Position numbers and translations under genes: made by a program. Below the pieces are notes generated by a model. It did not search any database. It was not told where the DNA came from and saw only the letters and a program-made list of their open reading frames with translations. DNA of 63,978 nucleotides, counting the filler, from Pirum gemmata (Eukaryota): assembly GCA_002812295.1 (NCBI GenBank). It is 30 parts of 30 records of this genome, joined end to end, with 100 filler letters (N's around TTAATTAATTAA, not from the genome) between each part and the next. Parts side by side here need not be neighbours in the genome. Positions count along the whole stretch, not along the records: positions 21,891 to 23,846 come from PDIN01009682.1; positions 23,947 to 25,791 come from PDIN01009683.1; positions 25,892 to 27,816 come from PDIN01009684.1; positions 27,917 to 29,862 come from PDIN01009685.1; positions 29,963 to 31,888 come from PDIN01009686.1; positions 31,989 to 33,964 come from PDIN01009687.1; positions 34,065 to 35,991 come from PDIN01009688.1; positions 36,092 to 38,067 come from PDIN01009689.1; 22 more parts are not named here. One strand, 5' to 3'. Shown here in pieces: positions 23,610 to 37,368 of this stretch (its first letter is position 1; every line of letters starts with the position of its first letter).

Positions 23610-24824
23610 TTAAAGTTGTTTCTCCTCCTAAAGTAGACTTTATTCGTTTTTTGATTAGTAGTCTTTCGGGTAACCACTTCATAGTGAGGGAGGGGCAGGT
23701 TAGAGTTAGGTTCGCAGAAAAAGTTTGAGTGCTCACTTTCAATTAACCTTTATTGTTAATATTCTATATAATTAACTATTGTGCTTTTCATTTATTGTCA
23801 CTCCAAATATTTATTGGGTTGGTTATGATATTTAAATTGACTTTTTNNNNNNNNNNNNNNNNNNNNNNNNNNNNNNNNNNNNNNNNNNNNTTAATTAATT
23901 AANNNNNNNNNNNNNNNNNNNNNNNNNNNNNNNNNNNNNNNNNNNNTTATTATAATTATTATTATTTTTATATTATTATTAGAAGAGGTCAACCTTAGCT
24001 AGCTAGTGTTTTCCAGTTAACCAGTTCAAAAACTGAAATAAACATACCAAATTATCATTATGTTTAAACAATCAGTCATGTTTTAATTAAATTGGTATTT
24101 TATACTTAATATTGTTTTTTATAAACAAGCTCAATAATAAACTTAAACAGTACCAAATAAAAGATTAAGACGATAATATTGTTTCTTTTTATTTATTTTG
24201 TCACTCTGAATATTCATTGGGTTGGTTATAATATTTAATATTAATTTGGTTGGTTATAATATTTAATTGGTCGTTTTTATATGAATAAATAAATAATAAA
24301 ATATACTAAATAAAATTAAACAGGTCTTTAATAGTCTTAATTTGGTACTATTTAACGTATGATATATTTTATGTTGAAAAGTACTACCGGTCTCGGCACT
24401 ACCGACAGGCCTAGCTAGACCTGGCCTAGACCGACAGGCACTACCTGAGGCACTACTACCGGGATAGCTACCAGTCAGGGTCATTTTATGATAAATCCCG
24501 CCGGCACCATATATGGTAAAACATGTTACAAGTTTCTTTTTCTGGCTATATTGCTTACATAAATAGGTATAAAATTATAAATATATATTTTTTGGAAATT
24601 ATGTCTTCTTATGGTAATATATAGTCTACAGATAGGTATCATAGCTACTAGCTAGTAGCTCTAGTCTCTAGAGTACTTCTAGAATCTAGAGTGTATTATC
24701 ATAATTATCACTATGCCATTTATTATGATACGTAGGTCTATCAGTCGTATAACAGTCGTATAACTGTCGTATATCTCAACCAAAGCCTTACAAATCTATA
24801 AGCAGAACAAATTGAATGACTGAA

Positions 24825-25474
24825 CAACAAAACAACAAACAACAAGCAACAAACAAAAAACAACAAACAACAAACAACAAACAACAAACAACAAACAACA
24901 AACAACAAACAACAAACAACAAACAACAAACAACAAACAACAAGCAACAAAATTTAATAACAAATAGCAAATAACAAATAACAAATAACAAATCACAAAT
25001 CACAAATCACAAATAACAAACAACAAATAACAAAATTAATAACAAATAACAAATAACACACAACAAATAACAAATATTAAATAACAAATAACAAATAACA
25101 ATAACAAAGAATACTAACAAAGAACAACACACACAAACACACAACACACAACACAACACACAACACACAACACACAACACACAACACACAACACACAACA
25201 CACAACACACAACAAACAACAAACAACAANAATAACAAAATTAATAACAAATAACAAATAACACACAACAAATAACAAATATTAAATAACAAATAACAAA
25301 TAACAATAACAAAGAATACTAACAAAGAACAACACACACAAACACACAACACACAACACAACACACAACACACAACACACAACACACAACACATAACACA
25401 CAACACACAACACACAACAAACAACAAACAACAAACAACAAACAACAAACAACAAACAACAAACAACAAACAAA
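24825..25474. repeat. 7-mer (ACAACAA/ATAACAA/ACAACAC) microsatellite running up to the peptidase ATG
   Basis: Direct read. The ~200-bp doubling across the single N at 25230 is probably an assembly overlap. Confidence 0.9.
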
Positions 25475-25765
25475 ATGGAAAACGTCATTTTACTAACTGG
25501 CTTTGGATCTTTTGGAAATATTGATATTAATCCTAGCAGTCAAATTGCCGAAAATTTAAAAGATTATGAGGTTGAATGTAATAATTCAAAAGCAAGAGTT
25601 CAATGTTCTGTTTTACCTGTAGTATATGCAACTGCCAAACCTCTGATTAATAAAATGATAGACGATTGTATAAATGAAAACAGTGACCAAAAGTTATGCG
25701 CAGTAATTCATATGGGCGTTGGTAAGCCTGGCTCAATTTGTTTAGAGCAGAGAGCCAAAAACACA
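25475..25765 (+). CDS. PGPEP1: Pyroglutamyl-peptidase I (peptidase C15), first exon
   Basis: ILLTGFGSFG..INPS, LPVVY, VIHMGV and the LEQRAKN catalytic Glu motif. Candidate gtatta donor at 25766. Confidence 0.9.
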
Positions 25766-27916
25766 GTATTATTATTATTATTATTATTATTNNNNNNNNN
25801 NNNNNNNNNNNNNNNNNNNNNNNNNNNNNNNNNNNTTAATTAATTAANNNNNNNNNNNNNNNNNNNNNNNNNNNNNNNNNNNNNNNNNNNNTAAATGAAA
25901 TGGATTTATATTATTTTAATTTGATACTATTTATTGTATATTTTAAGATGCCGAAAAGCACTATATAAAAACTCTCACAATATTATCTCCATTCATTGCT
26001 ATTATTAAAAACTATGAAGATGATTATAATTACTAAGACAACTATATTATATATTAATTATAGTATCGTGCTTTTCAGTTATTTTGTTGTCATAAAATAT
26101 ACAATAAACAGTACCAAATTAAAACAATATAAACCCATTTCATTTAATTTGGTATGGTATATTTTATTATATATTATATTCATTTAAAAGTATCAATTTG
26201 AATATTATAAACAGCCAAATAAATATTCGGAGTGACAAAATAAATAAAAAGCACAATACATGACTTATAATAATAATCCTTATCGATATCTTTTTCATAT
26301 TATATTATGACATATAGTAATAAATTTAAAGATATGAGTGTCTAGCTAGCTACTCTCAGAGTTGAATTTTTGCACCAGCTAGTCTAGTTAGAGTACTCTA
26401 TAGCTAGAATAGCTAGCTAGGATTATGGGGCTAGCTAAATTTATGGGCTAGCTAGCTACTAGTCTAGCTAGTATCATAAACCAGTCTACTGATAGACCCC
26501 TCAGGTATTATGTATAGACCAGCTGGTATAGACCCCGTCTACTTCTGCCAATAGACTTGGTCTAACTACTGGTCTACTGGTCTACTGGTAGCTAGACCCC
26601 CCTAGCTCAGTAGCTATCAAAATAGTCATTTTTAATTAAAGTTCATTTTGATAATCAAAATTACTGCCTAAACCAGTCACAAATTTCGAGCAATGACTTC
26701 TATCAAAGAATAAGTGAATAAGTGACATCCTTTATGAATATTCCCTAAAGAGAGCTATTATAGAAACCCCCCGCTTTTCAGTTATTTTGTCGTCATAAAA
26801 TATACAATAAATACTACCAAATTAATACAATATAAATCCATTTCATTTAATTTGGTACACTTTATTATCTATTTATCCATTTAAAAATGACAATTTAAAT
26901 ATTATAAACAACCAAATAAATATTCGGAGTGACAAAATAAATGAAAAGGTGAAAAGCACAATAAACAACCTGATAATATATATATTATATTAATACTATA
27001 TTATTATATATCGATAATTTTCAATTAAAATTACACTTCTTTTTTTAAAATAATATTAAAATTAAATTGTAAAGTTTTATGATTTATTTTTAATTTGAAG
27101 TATTAATATAAACTCATGCCATGGGACACATGAGCCCGCCCGTGACATTTATATTGTCACTCAGAATATTTATTTGGTTGGTTATAATATTTAAATTGTC
27201 ATTTTTAAATGAATAAATAGATAATAAAGTGTACCAAATTAAATGAAATGGATTTTTATTGTATTAATTTGGTACTCTTTATTGTATATTTATGACGATA
27301 TCATACGTAATATGAAAATAATACCGTAGAGTAGCCTAACCCTAACCCTAACTCTAACTTTAACCCTAACCCTAACCCCAACTTTAACCCTAACCCTAAC
27401 CCTAACTTTAACCTAACCCTAACCCCAACCTGTCTAGATCTACCTACACTAGCTAGTAGCTAGTAGCTATGATAGCGATATAGTCTATAGATATACTATG
27501 TACTAGTAGTACTAGCTAGCTAGAGCCAGTCAACACTGCAGTAGTACTGCAGTGTAGACGAAAATGAAAACCAGGATAAACTATTTTTATACTATTTTTA
27601 TCGATTACAAATTGCACGACCGACATTCTATAGAAAAAGCTTTTGATGTGATTGATGGTTGTGGTAGTTGGAACTTATTGAATTTGGAGGAGATGGCGGT
27701 TACGACTTGAGGGGGCCTAGCTAGGGTTGTTGACGATGAATATTGATGGTAAATATTGATGGGTATTTCTTTTTATTTTATAATTATAGGATATAATATA
27801 ATAATAATAATAATAANNNNNNNNNNNNNNNNNNNNNNNNNNNNNNNNNNNNNNNNNNNNTTAATTAATTAANNNNNNNNNNNNNNNNNNNNNNNNNNNN
27901 NNNNNNNNNNNNNNNN

Positions 27917-27947
<31 letters not shown>

Positions 27948-29979
27948 TACAAAATTCGAAATTACGTCAAGGTGATAGATACCAAGGTATGCTATTATAG
28001 TCTTGATTTTATTTATTATAATTTCAAAGATTTCAAATATAATAATACTTTAGAAGCAGACTCTACTAGAAGCAGACTCTATAATAGTTTTTATATTTAA
28101 TTATTTGACAAAAAACTATAGAATGTCTATGTTATGACTATGCTAGCTAACAGCTAACTAGGACTTAACCTGTATTAGTGACTAATACAACTACACTGAC
28201 TGTGCTATGAGTATAGTATGAGTATGTTAGTTGAGGGATTTTTATTGAAGTTTTTTTTTTTAGACTAGGGTCTAGACTCTAGACCTAGCTAGCTAGCTAG
28301 CTAGGGTTCTAGACTCTAGCTAGATAAAAATGGCGACATCCGTTGTATGAGCTCAATAATCCAAAAAATAGCAAAACGATCCAATTTTAATAAAAGTACT
28401 ACCAAATGTTGACCCTATAACCACGCCCGAAAAGTCTATTATGAACCGATGGCTAGTTTTTAAAATAATTTGGCTAGTAAATCTGGATTGTACCATCCAT
28501 TAATATGATGTATGGTAGTTCATCTTCGAGTTTCTTGATGACGTCATGTATGTTAGTTCATCCTATACGTTTCTTGATGACGTCATTATTAGCTTTCACG
28601 TATAATGCTAAGGCTTGAGTATATGAGCTCGAGACCGAAATTCATTTCAACTTTCTTACGATATATAGTATACCCTAAGAATGATTTCTTGAAAAGTTTT
28701 GAGCGAGCGAGCCTTAGCATTTTGAAAGTTGACCAAAAATCACCAAAAAATATACCCATTTTTAATTTGTTTGTAAACGAAGCACCCCCAAAAAATTTAA
28801 CATATGTTCGAAAATTTTCTATTATTTTCGATCACTCAACCCAACCAACTGAAATATATATGTTTGAAAAAGTATATAATTGTTCGCGCCTATAAAATTA
28901 ATATAAATATTTTCGAACCGAGCCAGAATCGACCATTTTGAAAGTTAATTTTTTTTAAAAAGACTGGCTAGCTAGCTACTAGCTAGCTAGAGGTCTATTC
29001 TTTTTTTTGAGAGCATTAAATTTTGTTTTTTTTTTTTTTTTTATGCATAAAAAAAAAATATTAAAGGGGACGTTCAATAATTACGTAGACCTAATAACCC
29101 CATTAATTTTATTTTCCTGCCAAACCCTACCCGGTCACCCCTGTAACATGGAGAAGGAACTACCACTGAACTACCTACCCTTATTACCGAACTATTTAGA
29201 AAAAATGGTACAAAAAGCTCAAAAAAAGCTCAAAAAACCAAGTAAAAGAATAGCATTCAATCATAGTAAATCATACGTAAGTTTATTTTAGCTTTATTTT
29301 GTTTCACCAACCTTTTAATTTCTTACTTGTGATTTTTGGGATATGTTGGAAAAAAGAATATTATATTTTTAAAAGCCTTATCTTTTTTAAATTGTTATTT
29401 AGTACTTTAATGTGTACGGATAATAAATGTACATTAACATATGATTGATATGTTGTATGAAAGCAAGTATTATCTATAAATATTTTAAAAAAATACATAG
29501 ACTAAACAAAGTGTAAACAAACTATTTTCATTTATTCGAAAATATTTTTGAAAGGGGTTTGCTTACTAAAGAGATGGGCCAAAAAAAGAAAACCACAACA
29601 GAATTTGAATCTACCAATAAGAAATTCCTAAAAGTGAATTATTATTCAATTATAGCTTTTCAAAGTCTTTTCAAAGTGTCCGCAGTGTCCACAGTAACTC
29701 CACACCTCTAGCTAGGGGTCTAGGACTCCACAGTCCACACTGATTCACTGAAGCTCCACCCTGAAGCTCCACCAGTCACAGTATCACTTCATTCGGACCA
29801 CTCCCTGTTGTGGACCTATTGAGTCAAACCTACTGGTAGGTAGTAGTCAACTTGCCTAATAANNNNNNNNNNNNNNNNNNNNNNNNNNNNNNNNNNNNNN
29901 NNNNNNTTAATTAATTAANNNNNNNNNNNNNNNNNNNNNNNNNNNNNNNNNNNNNNNNNNNNAATAATAATAATAAGAA

Positions 29980-30058
<79 letters not shown>

Positions 30059-30250
30059 CGAATGAGAATAAACAAAATCGTCTAGATAAGCTTTGGAGAA
30101 GGAAAAGTGATACAAATTGTTAATGCCATTTACATTTTAGAAAATACTACTCAAAATAATTCGCACCCATTAATTAATTAACAATAATTAAGATTATTAT
30201 TATTATATTTAATTAATTAATTATTAACGCAGAGTTTTGGATGAACTAAG

Positions 30251-31084
30251 GTTATTACTTTGCAGCACTTTGCTATACACGATATATTTGTCCAACCAAG
30301 CTTTGTCGAAAGTTAGGCCATGGTATGATATTATATTTGTTTTAATGTTTTTGGCAAAGAAAATGTAATCAAACCTAAGAGATTCGAAAGAACCTCTGAA
30401 TATAATATTATGGCCCTTAATAATATATATGTTAGAATATATAAACTCTTTGTATTTTAAAAATAGGTCTAGGAACTGTCTAGGCTAATAATAATGGCGT
30501 TGGCGTTGGCGTTTGGTGTTGGTGTTGAGGTTAGAGTTGAGGTTGGAACTGAAATTATGTTGGGATTGCATTAGGATTAAGTTAGGGTTAGGGTTAGGGT
30601 TAGGGTTAGGGTTAGGGTTAGGGTTAGGGTTAGGGTTAGGGTTAGAGTTGGGTTTAATAAACTAAGGTTAGGTTTAAGGTTGCAATTAGAATTGGGGTTA
30701 AGGTTGGTCTTTACACTTTGGGATTCCCTTTTAACTAGCTATATATAGGCTTATCTAACCGTCACACATTTTTTTATAATATAATAATATGTTCGAATAT
30801 TTTTTAAAAAAATAACTATTTAACATCCCTTGTCTACTTATATGGGAATAAGACTAACGTATAATTTTTATTCATTCCCAGTTTTGCAAGCAAGAGAATG
30901 GCTTGATTATGTAAAAGGAGAGAAGTTTCACCCTTGGAACTGGCTTGGAACTAACCCATCTAACCCATTGCTCACATCGGATGCACAATGTGCACAGTAT
31001 GTGCATTGTAATTATTTGCAACTGTTTGCACATCCAGATTCCAGAGCATATTCAGACATAGTTATAGGAAGGTGGACTGTGTAA
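30251..31084 (+). CDS. Possible last two exons (30251-30322, 30882-31084) of an unknown Trp/Cys-rich protein; the intron contains a (TTAGGG)n tract
   Basis: gtatga donor at 30323 and cccag acceptor at 30881 join in phase: YYFAALCYTRYICPTKLCRKLGH|VLQAREWLDYVKGEKFHPWNWLG...GRWTV*. Confidence 0.45.
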
Positions 31085-31202
31085 CTAGTGTATAACAGTA
31101 TCGGATTGGCGAAAAGGAGAATAAAGAAATTTACAGAAATTAGGATTTAGCCATACATTGACTAGCGTATAGAGTAGCTGTTAAGTAATAAGCCAATACT
31201 AG

Positions 31203-31580
31203 TAGGGGTGGGATGACGTCATTTTATGGTTTTATTACTATTAATGTTAGTATTACTTCTTTAATTGGTATCTATTATAATTATATTTACTATTTTAAGC
31301 TATTTAACTGCTATTATTAGTAAAGAACAAGGAACTAAGGTTGGCTCGATAAGCATCTGTTCGAAAAAAGTTCCAGTAGATATCTCAAATACTATTATAC
31401 TACTCAAACCCGAAAACTCGAATTTCTGCTGTCAAAAAAAAGCCAAAATTCAAACTCTGTTCGAAAAATATTTTTTTTTCGTAATTTTCGGGTTTATTTT
31501 AATAAATAAATATATTTGAATACTTAATTTTTTAAGCTTAAACATTTCGAACTTATTAAATGACATATAGACTCGAAATC
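31203..31580 (+). mobile_element. Repeat family E (hAT-like terminus TAGGGGTGRGATGACGTCA)
   Basis: Collinear with 58658-59075. Further termini at 59173, 63966 and a degenerate one near 11465. Confidence 0.7.
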
Positions 31581-32499
31581 TCGATTTTTAAACAGGAGCT
31601 ACCGAGTTTGTTTTGTCATTATAAAATAATATAAAATAAAGAATACCAAATAAATACAATATAAATCCATTTTATTTTATTTGGTATATTTTATTATCTA
31701 TTTATTTATTTAAAAATGACGATTTTAATATTATAACCAACCAAATAAATATTCAGAGTGACAAAATAAATGAAAAGCACAATAAAATTCTCACATTTAT
31801 ATATACACAATAATTATGTTCGAATATTTCAAATCTATTTTTATACTACTTTAATGTTAGGGTTAGGGTTAGGGTTAAGGTTAGGGTTNNNNNNNNNNNN
31901 NNNNNNNNNNNNNNNNNNNNNNNNNNNNNNNNTTAATTAATTAANNNNNNNNNNNNNNNNNNNNNNNNNNNNNNNNNNNNNNNNNNNNGAGTGAGGGGGG
32001 GGGGGGATTGTGGAAAACTTGCGCAAGCTAATAAAACTTGAGGTGGTGAGTCACTGGTGACCCTTCGCTACTAATGTATACCAAATTTGAAAAAATTAAA
32101 ATTTTAACTGTATGTATAATGTAACTGACTACTAACTGACTACTACTAGTCTAGTAGCTAGTAGTAGCTACCGGTAGTAACTGACTGACTTCTAGCTAGC
32201 CAGTAAATAACTTATGATACTAAATATGAGCTAACCCTAACCCTTTTTTTTTGAATCTCTTTATCTATAGAAATGTTTGCGTCTTTTTATTATATCATAT
32301 AAATAGAGAGAAATTTCGCATAGTGGGGACCTGTGGGGTTCGAAGTTTCGAACACCCTTGTGCAGTTAAATAGTGCGTACTGCGTAGACCCGAACATAAT
32401 TTGCACCCACCACTGCATTTTTTTTTTTTTTCAGTCAAGAAAGCTTAGATAAAACTGTATCAATAGAAATCTTTTTTTTTTAGACTTCTTTTCTAAAAA

Positions 32500-32636
32500 C
32501 TCAAAAATCCAAAAAATCTCAAAATGCTTCAAAAGCCTCCAATTTTAATGAAGTACTACCAAATTTTGGGAAATCGTTTAACTAAGAAAACTCTATTATG
32601 AACCAATTGCTAGTTTTTAAAAATAATTTGGTCAGT
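32500..32636. repeat. Dispersed repeat family G fragment
   Basis: Similar to 28360-28480 and to 376-515 in reverse (tactaccaaat...ctattatgaacc...gctagtttttaaaa...taatttgg). Confidence 0.6.
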
Positions 32637-34336
32637 TAGCACACTCTACGGGGTAGAGGACCAGAGGTACTATCTACTAGCTACTCCTAGCTAGTAGTAG
32701 CTAGGTAGAGGTCTAGCTAGTCCTAGCTACTAGCTAGCTAGCTAGCTAGTAGTAGTATTGACCTCTGTCTAGCTAGCTAGCTATGTAGTCTATAAATAAA
32801 ACCTTCCTTGTATCACTCCTACAGTATCACTCTATATAAATATGTATATAATAAAATGTACTGTCTATATATTACAAAATTTAATGATATACATATATAG
32901 TACCTTTTTTCCCCAACCCTAAACCCAACCGTAATCTTAACCCTAACCCTAACGTCAACCCTAAGGTCCCTAACCCTAACCCTAACCCTAACCCTAACCC
33001 TAACCCTAACCCTAACCCTAACCCTAACCCTAACTAACCCTAACGCTAACGCTAACGCTAACCCTAACCCTAACCCTAACCCTAACCCATCTACCTACAT
33101 AAACTAACTATCACATAATCCACAATGTTCTGGAACATTCTAAATAATTATTTACAAATACAAATTATTATTATATAATTAATTTGTATAATATCAAACA
33201 ATAAAATCATATACTTAAACTTAATTCAATCATAGCTAAACAAATAAGCTCGGCATAAAATAATAGTTTCGAGAATAAATGTATATCCAATCGACCAATC
33301 ATATTACCACGTAGTCATCCCATTGAGATTTCACCACAGGAATTAATGCCAATTTAAGGGATCGTTTACTTATAGGACTCTTATAGGTGTCACTATGTCA
33401 CCCCTGCTTATTGAAGCTTAAGTATTAATTGATTGTATTGATATATATATTATGTTTTGATGTATGGATATTATGTAGTTGGTTATGCGTGTGCTGATGC
33501 ATTTTAATATAATTATATTGTGTACTAATATTAATGTAAAACCTATTTTAAATTTGATGTGTTAAATTTTGGTGTATTGTGTTTAATTGATGTGTTGATC
33601 ATGAGCATTGATATCATAATGATAATTATGTATCGATATATTAATATTGTATTGATGTATTGGTGAATATTGGTGTATCGATATAATATTATATAACATA
33701 TATATTGAGGTCTTTATGTATTTACGTACGCTTATATAATTATACGTATTGAACAATAATATTAATAACAATATATATTTTAATTAATAGTTTTATAACA
33801 TTATTTACAATAACGATATCCATATTATAGGAATAATTATATAATTACAATCACAATAATGATAATAATAATGATAATAATAATGATAATAATAATAATG
33901 ATAATAATAATGATAATATATGACATTGTAATAATAATAATATAACTATATAATAATATATAATNNNNNNNNNNNNNNNNNNNNNNNNNNNNNNNNNNNN
34001 NNNNNNNNTTAATTAATTAANNNNNNNNNNNNNNNNNNNNNNNNNNNNNNNNNNNNNNNNNNNNGTATGTATGTATGTATGTAGGTAAGTTAGGTAAGTT
34101 AGGTAGGTAGGTAGGTAGGTAGGTAGGTAGGTAGGTAGGTAGGTAGGTAGGTAGGTAGGTAGGTATGTATGTATGTATGTATGTATGTATGTATGTATGT
34201 ATGTATGTATGTATGTATGTATGTATGTATGTCTGTATGTATATCTGTATGTATGTGTGTGTTTATGTTTATGCTAGTAAGCTGTATATTTTACCGATAT
34301 GTTGTGTTCTTCCTTACTTTTTGGTTTATATGTTAG

Positions 34337-35510
34337 AACTTTTAATGCCAAGAGTGGAATTGAAAGGCTAGAAGTTCAAGCTGTTTCTAAGGCGCAGGTT
34401 GTTATTCTTTAATTTATGATACATAAACTATGTTATACCTCTTCAATCCTATTTATCGTTTTGGTGTGTATGTGTTTTAAAATTGTACATTGTATATCAG
34501 CATCTAATTTAATTTTGTTTAGGCCAGACAAAGAACTGGAAGAGCTGGGCGTGAAAGTAGTGGTACTTGCTATAGGTAATTTAATTTAGTTAGTAATCAA
34601 TATGTTTTGAAGACAAATTTTCTGTGTTTACATAACTTGAAAATCACACCCTCTTTTTTCCTCCTTATCTTTTCTTAGATTATACGAAGAAAAAACTTTC
34701 CATTCATTGGAGAATGTCACTCAGCCGGAAATTGTACGGTGTAGTCTTGCATCCGTGGTCCTGCAATTATTGGTACTTATTTTTATTGTGGTTTTCGGTT
34801 AATTTTGTTGGTATTAGTTTGTTATTTTATACTATTGGATTTTTTGGATTTCGATAGATTCTTCTGTTGATTGTCTCCAATATTTTTGATAGTAATTTTT
34901 TACGTTACAACGCCAATTCGAATTTCATCCCAACCCTGTTTGTATTTTATCTACCATGCTTTTGTTTATACTCATTGATACCAATGTAGTTTTGATATTG
35001 TTGGTGTGATTGTTTATTTTAATCGTATTTGTTTGTTTTTTGTTTTCTTGCTTGTTTCCTTAGGCTCTTGGTGTTACGGATATCACGAAATTCGATTTTA
35101 TGGACAAGCCTGATATATCTGTATGCTTTTATTTATTTTATTATCTTACACATAAATGAATACTATATTATACTATAACATACTACATAGCAAACTTATA
35201 AAAACAATGTTTAACAAATAAAACCACTATTACTATGCAACAAAAATAAACCGAAAACGTAAGTGTAAACCTTTAAATTATACTTTAGTAAAACTAAAAA
35301 TGTGTGTAAATAGCACTAAACCAGACTAAATTGTAAACTCGAAACAAAACTATAATACTCCAATTTAATGAACTCACATTCCTTTTATATTAGTCACTAA
35401 AAGAGGCTATGTATATGTTATTGAAACTTGGTGCCCTTGACAACAAAGGGAAAATTTCCGAACACGGGAAATGTTTAGCTCGATTCCCTGTAGAACCATC
35501 CCTAGCCAAA
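34337..35510 (+). CDS. DHX33: DEAH-box RNA helicase, DHX33/Dhr2-like; exons 34337-34397, 34523-34575, 34679-34772, 35064-35120, 35394-35510
   Basis: Spliced read TFNAKSGIERLEVQAVSKAQ|ARQRTGRAGRESSGTCYR|LYEEK...PEIVRCSLASVVLQLL|ALGVTDITKFDFMDKPDIS|SLKEA...LGALD...LARFPVEPSLAK. Motif VI QRxGRAGR, all introns GT-AG and in phase. Missed by the ORF track; subfamily call is from recall. Confidence 0.88.
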
Positions 35511-36842
35511 GTACGTCATTGTCAGAATACAAAATGGGTTTAAAACCAAATGTTTATAATTTGGTTTACTTTTGTTTTAGTTAATTTTCTTGTTGTTAAC
35601 TCTTTATTTATTATTATATTTCATTATTGGCATTGCTGGGATGTTTTGGTGTTTTGTTGTTTTGTTTTGTTTTGTTGTTTTGTTGTTTTGTTGTTTTGTT
35701 GTTTTGTTGTTTTGTTGTTTTGTTGTTTTGTTGTTTTGCTTTGCTTCGCTAATTTGTTATTTTGTTATTTTATTTTATTATTTTGATACTTTAATATTTC
35801 GTTATTGTTATTTTGTTATTTTGTTATTTTGTTTTTGTTTTTTTATTTTTTTATTTTTTTATTTTTTTATTTTGTTGTTATTATGTTATTTTGTTATTTT
35901 GTTATTTTATTTTTGTTATTTTTTTATTTTTTATTGTTATTTTGTTATTTTGTTATTTTGTTGTTATTTTGTTATTTTGTTATTTTGTTATNNNNNNNNN
36001 NNNNNNNNNNNNNNNNNNNNNNNNNNNNNNNNNNNTTAATTAATTAANNNNNNNNNNNNNNNNNNNNNNNNNNNNNNNNNNNNNNNNNNNNAAAAGTTTA
36101 CATATTCTTTTTACACTGATTTAAAAATTCTTATATAATTTACATAATTGGTTAATGATTAATTTATGCAATAATAATAACCATTTTTTACGGTTTTTTG
36201 TATGTAAAAAATTTTCCCATATACTTTGAAAATCATTACACTTAAAAAAATGTTTAAATTTCTCTACTTTTTCTCCTTTTTCGAAAATTTTACCACAACT
36301 ACATGGAACAAAATCTGGTTCAATAGATATGTGTAAAATTTTAAAGCTGAATTCTCTTATTTGTTGTTTCTGATGTCCTATTTTTTCTTTTCTTTATATC
36401 TTATAAAATTTATTAATAAATTAATAAATCGACAGAGGTAAAAAAGGCCTCGAGTTCGATTTTTTTGAAAAAAAATCATAAAGTTTGCATATTCTTTTTA
36501 CATTTAATTTGATAATATCACTATTATATTTTCTTCTTTTTTTCGTTATATAAAAAAGTAAGGTATTATTATTATAAATATTCTTAAATTTTTTTGTCAT
36601 AATCTTGATTTTACCAAAACAAATATTTTTTCATTAAACTCCCTGTTGATTGATTGATAACTCTCTAACACATTTTCACCTTAAACTTACTTTGAAAATT
36701 AACACGTAAAAAAATGTTAAAATTTCTCTTCTTTTTCTTTTCATTCGAAAATTTTACCACAACTACATGGAACAAAAAATTTTAAAACTGAATTTTACAT
36801 CTTCAAAAGTATTATCAAAATGTAAGTTTGTTTTTATGGTTT

Positions 36843-36916
36843 TGTCAAGAACCGGAATCGAACCAGTGATCTTTTGATCTTCAGTCAAACGCCTTAACCT
36901 ACTAGGCCATCTCGAC
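36843..36916 (-). tRNA. tRNA-Phe (GAA), 74 nt, intronless
   Basis: GTCGAGA/TCTTGAC acceptor stem, GCCT/AGGC D-stem, TTTGA-CTGAAGA-TCAAA anticodon arm, ACTGG-TTCGATT-CCGGT T-arm, discriminator A. Confidence 0.93.
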
Positions 36917-36941
36917 ACCTGAAATTGACAGAAATTAAAAC

Positions 36942-37000
36942 TTATATAATGGTAATTTTATATTTCAATGACGTCATTTGACGTCATTTGTGACGCCAAT
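36942..37000 (-). promoter_or_regulatory. Candidate upstream elements of the tRNA gene: TATA-like box near -30 and three TGACG(T/C)CA motifs
   Basis: TATATAA at ~36942-36948; TGACGTCA-TT-TGACGTCA-TTTG-TGACGCCA at 36969-36998. Confidence 0.4.
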
Positions 37001-37024
37001 AGATTGTGAAAAACTCTCATTTCA

Positions 37025-37368
37025 ATCGAGCCAAGCTGAGACAAGCCTGAGCCTGATTCAAGAATGAATCGAGCCAAGCTGAATCAAGCTGAAGCTGTTT
37101 CAAGAGAATGAATCGAGCCAAGCTGAATCAAGCTGAGGCTGTTTCAAGGAATCGAGTCAAGCTGAATCAAGCTGAGCTTGATTCAAAAAGTTTCGTAATT
37201 TGTTCCAGTTCGTTTCAGCTCGTTTCAGCTTTCAGCTGATTCAGCTTGATTCAGCTTGATTCAGCTCTTTCAGCTCGTTTCAGCTCGTTTCAGCTTTCAG
37301 CTTGTTTCAGCTTGCTTCAGCTTTTTTCAGCTCGTTTCAGCTTTCAGCTTGTTTCAGCTTGTTTCAGT
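37025..37368. repeat. Inverted pair of ~10-bp minisatellite arrays (AAGCTGAATC vs GATTCAGCTT/GTTTCAGCT)
   Basis: Unit orientation flips at ~37175. Confidence 0.8.

Noticed and set aside
30233..30250. In-frame TAA upstream of the 30251 exon as evidence of stop-codon reassignment
   Set aside because: TAA terminates several clear genes here and intact exons contain no internal TAA/TAG. An AG acceptor at 30250 explains it.
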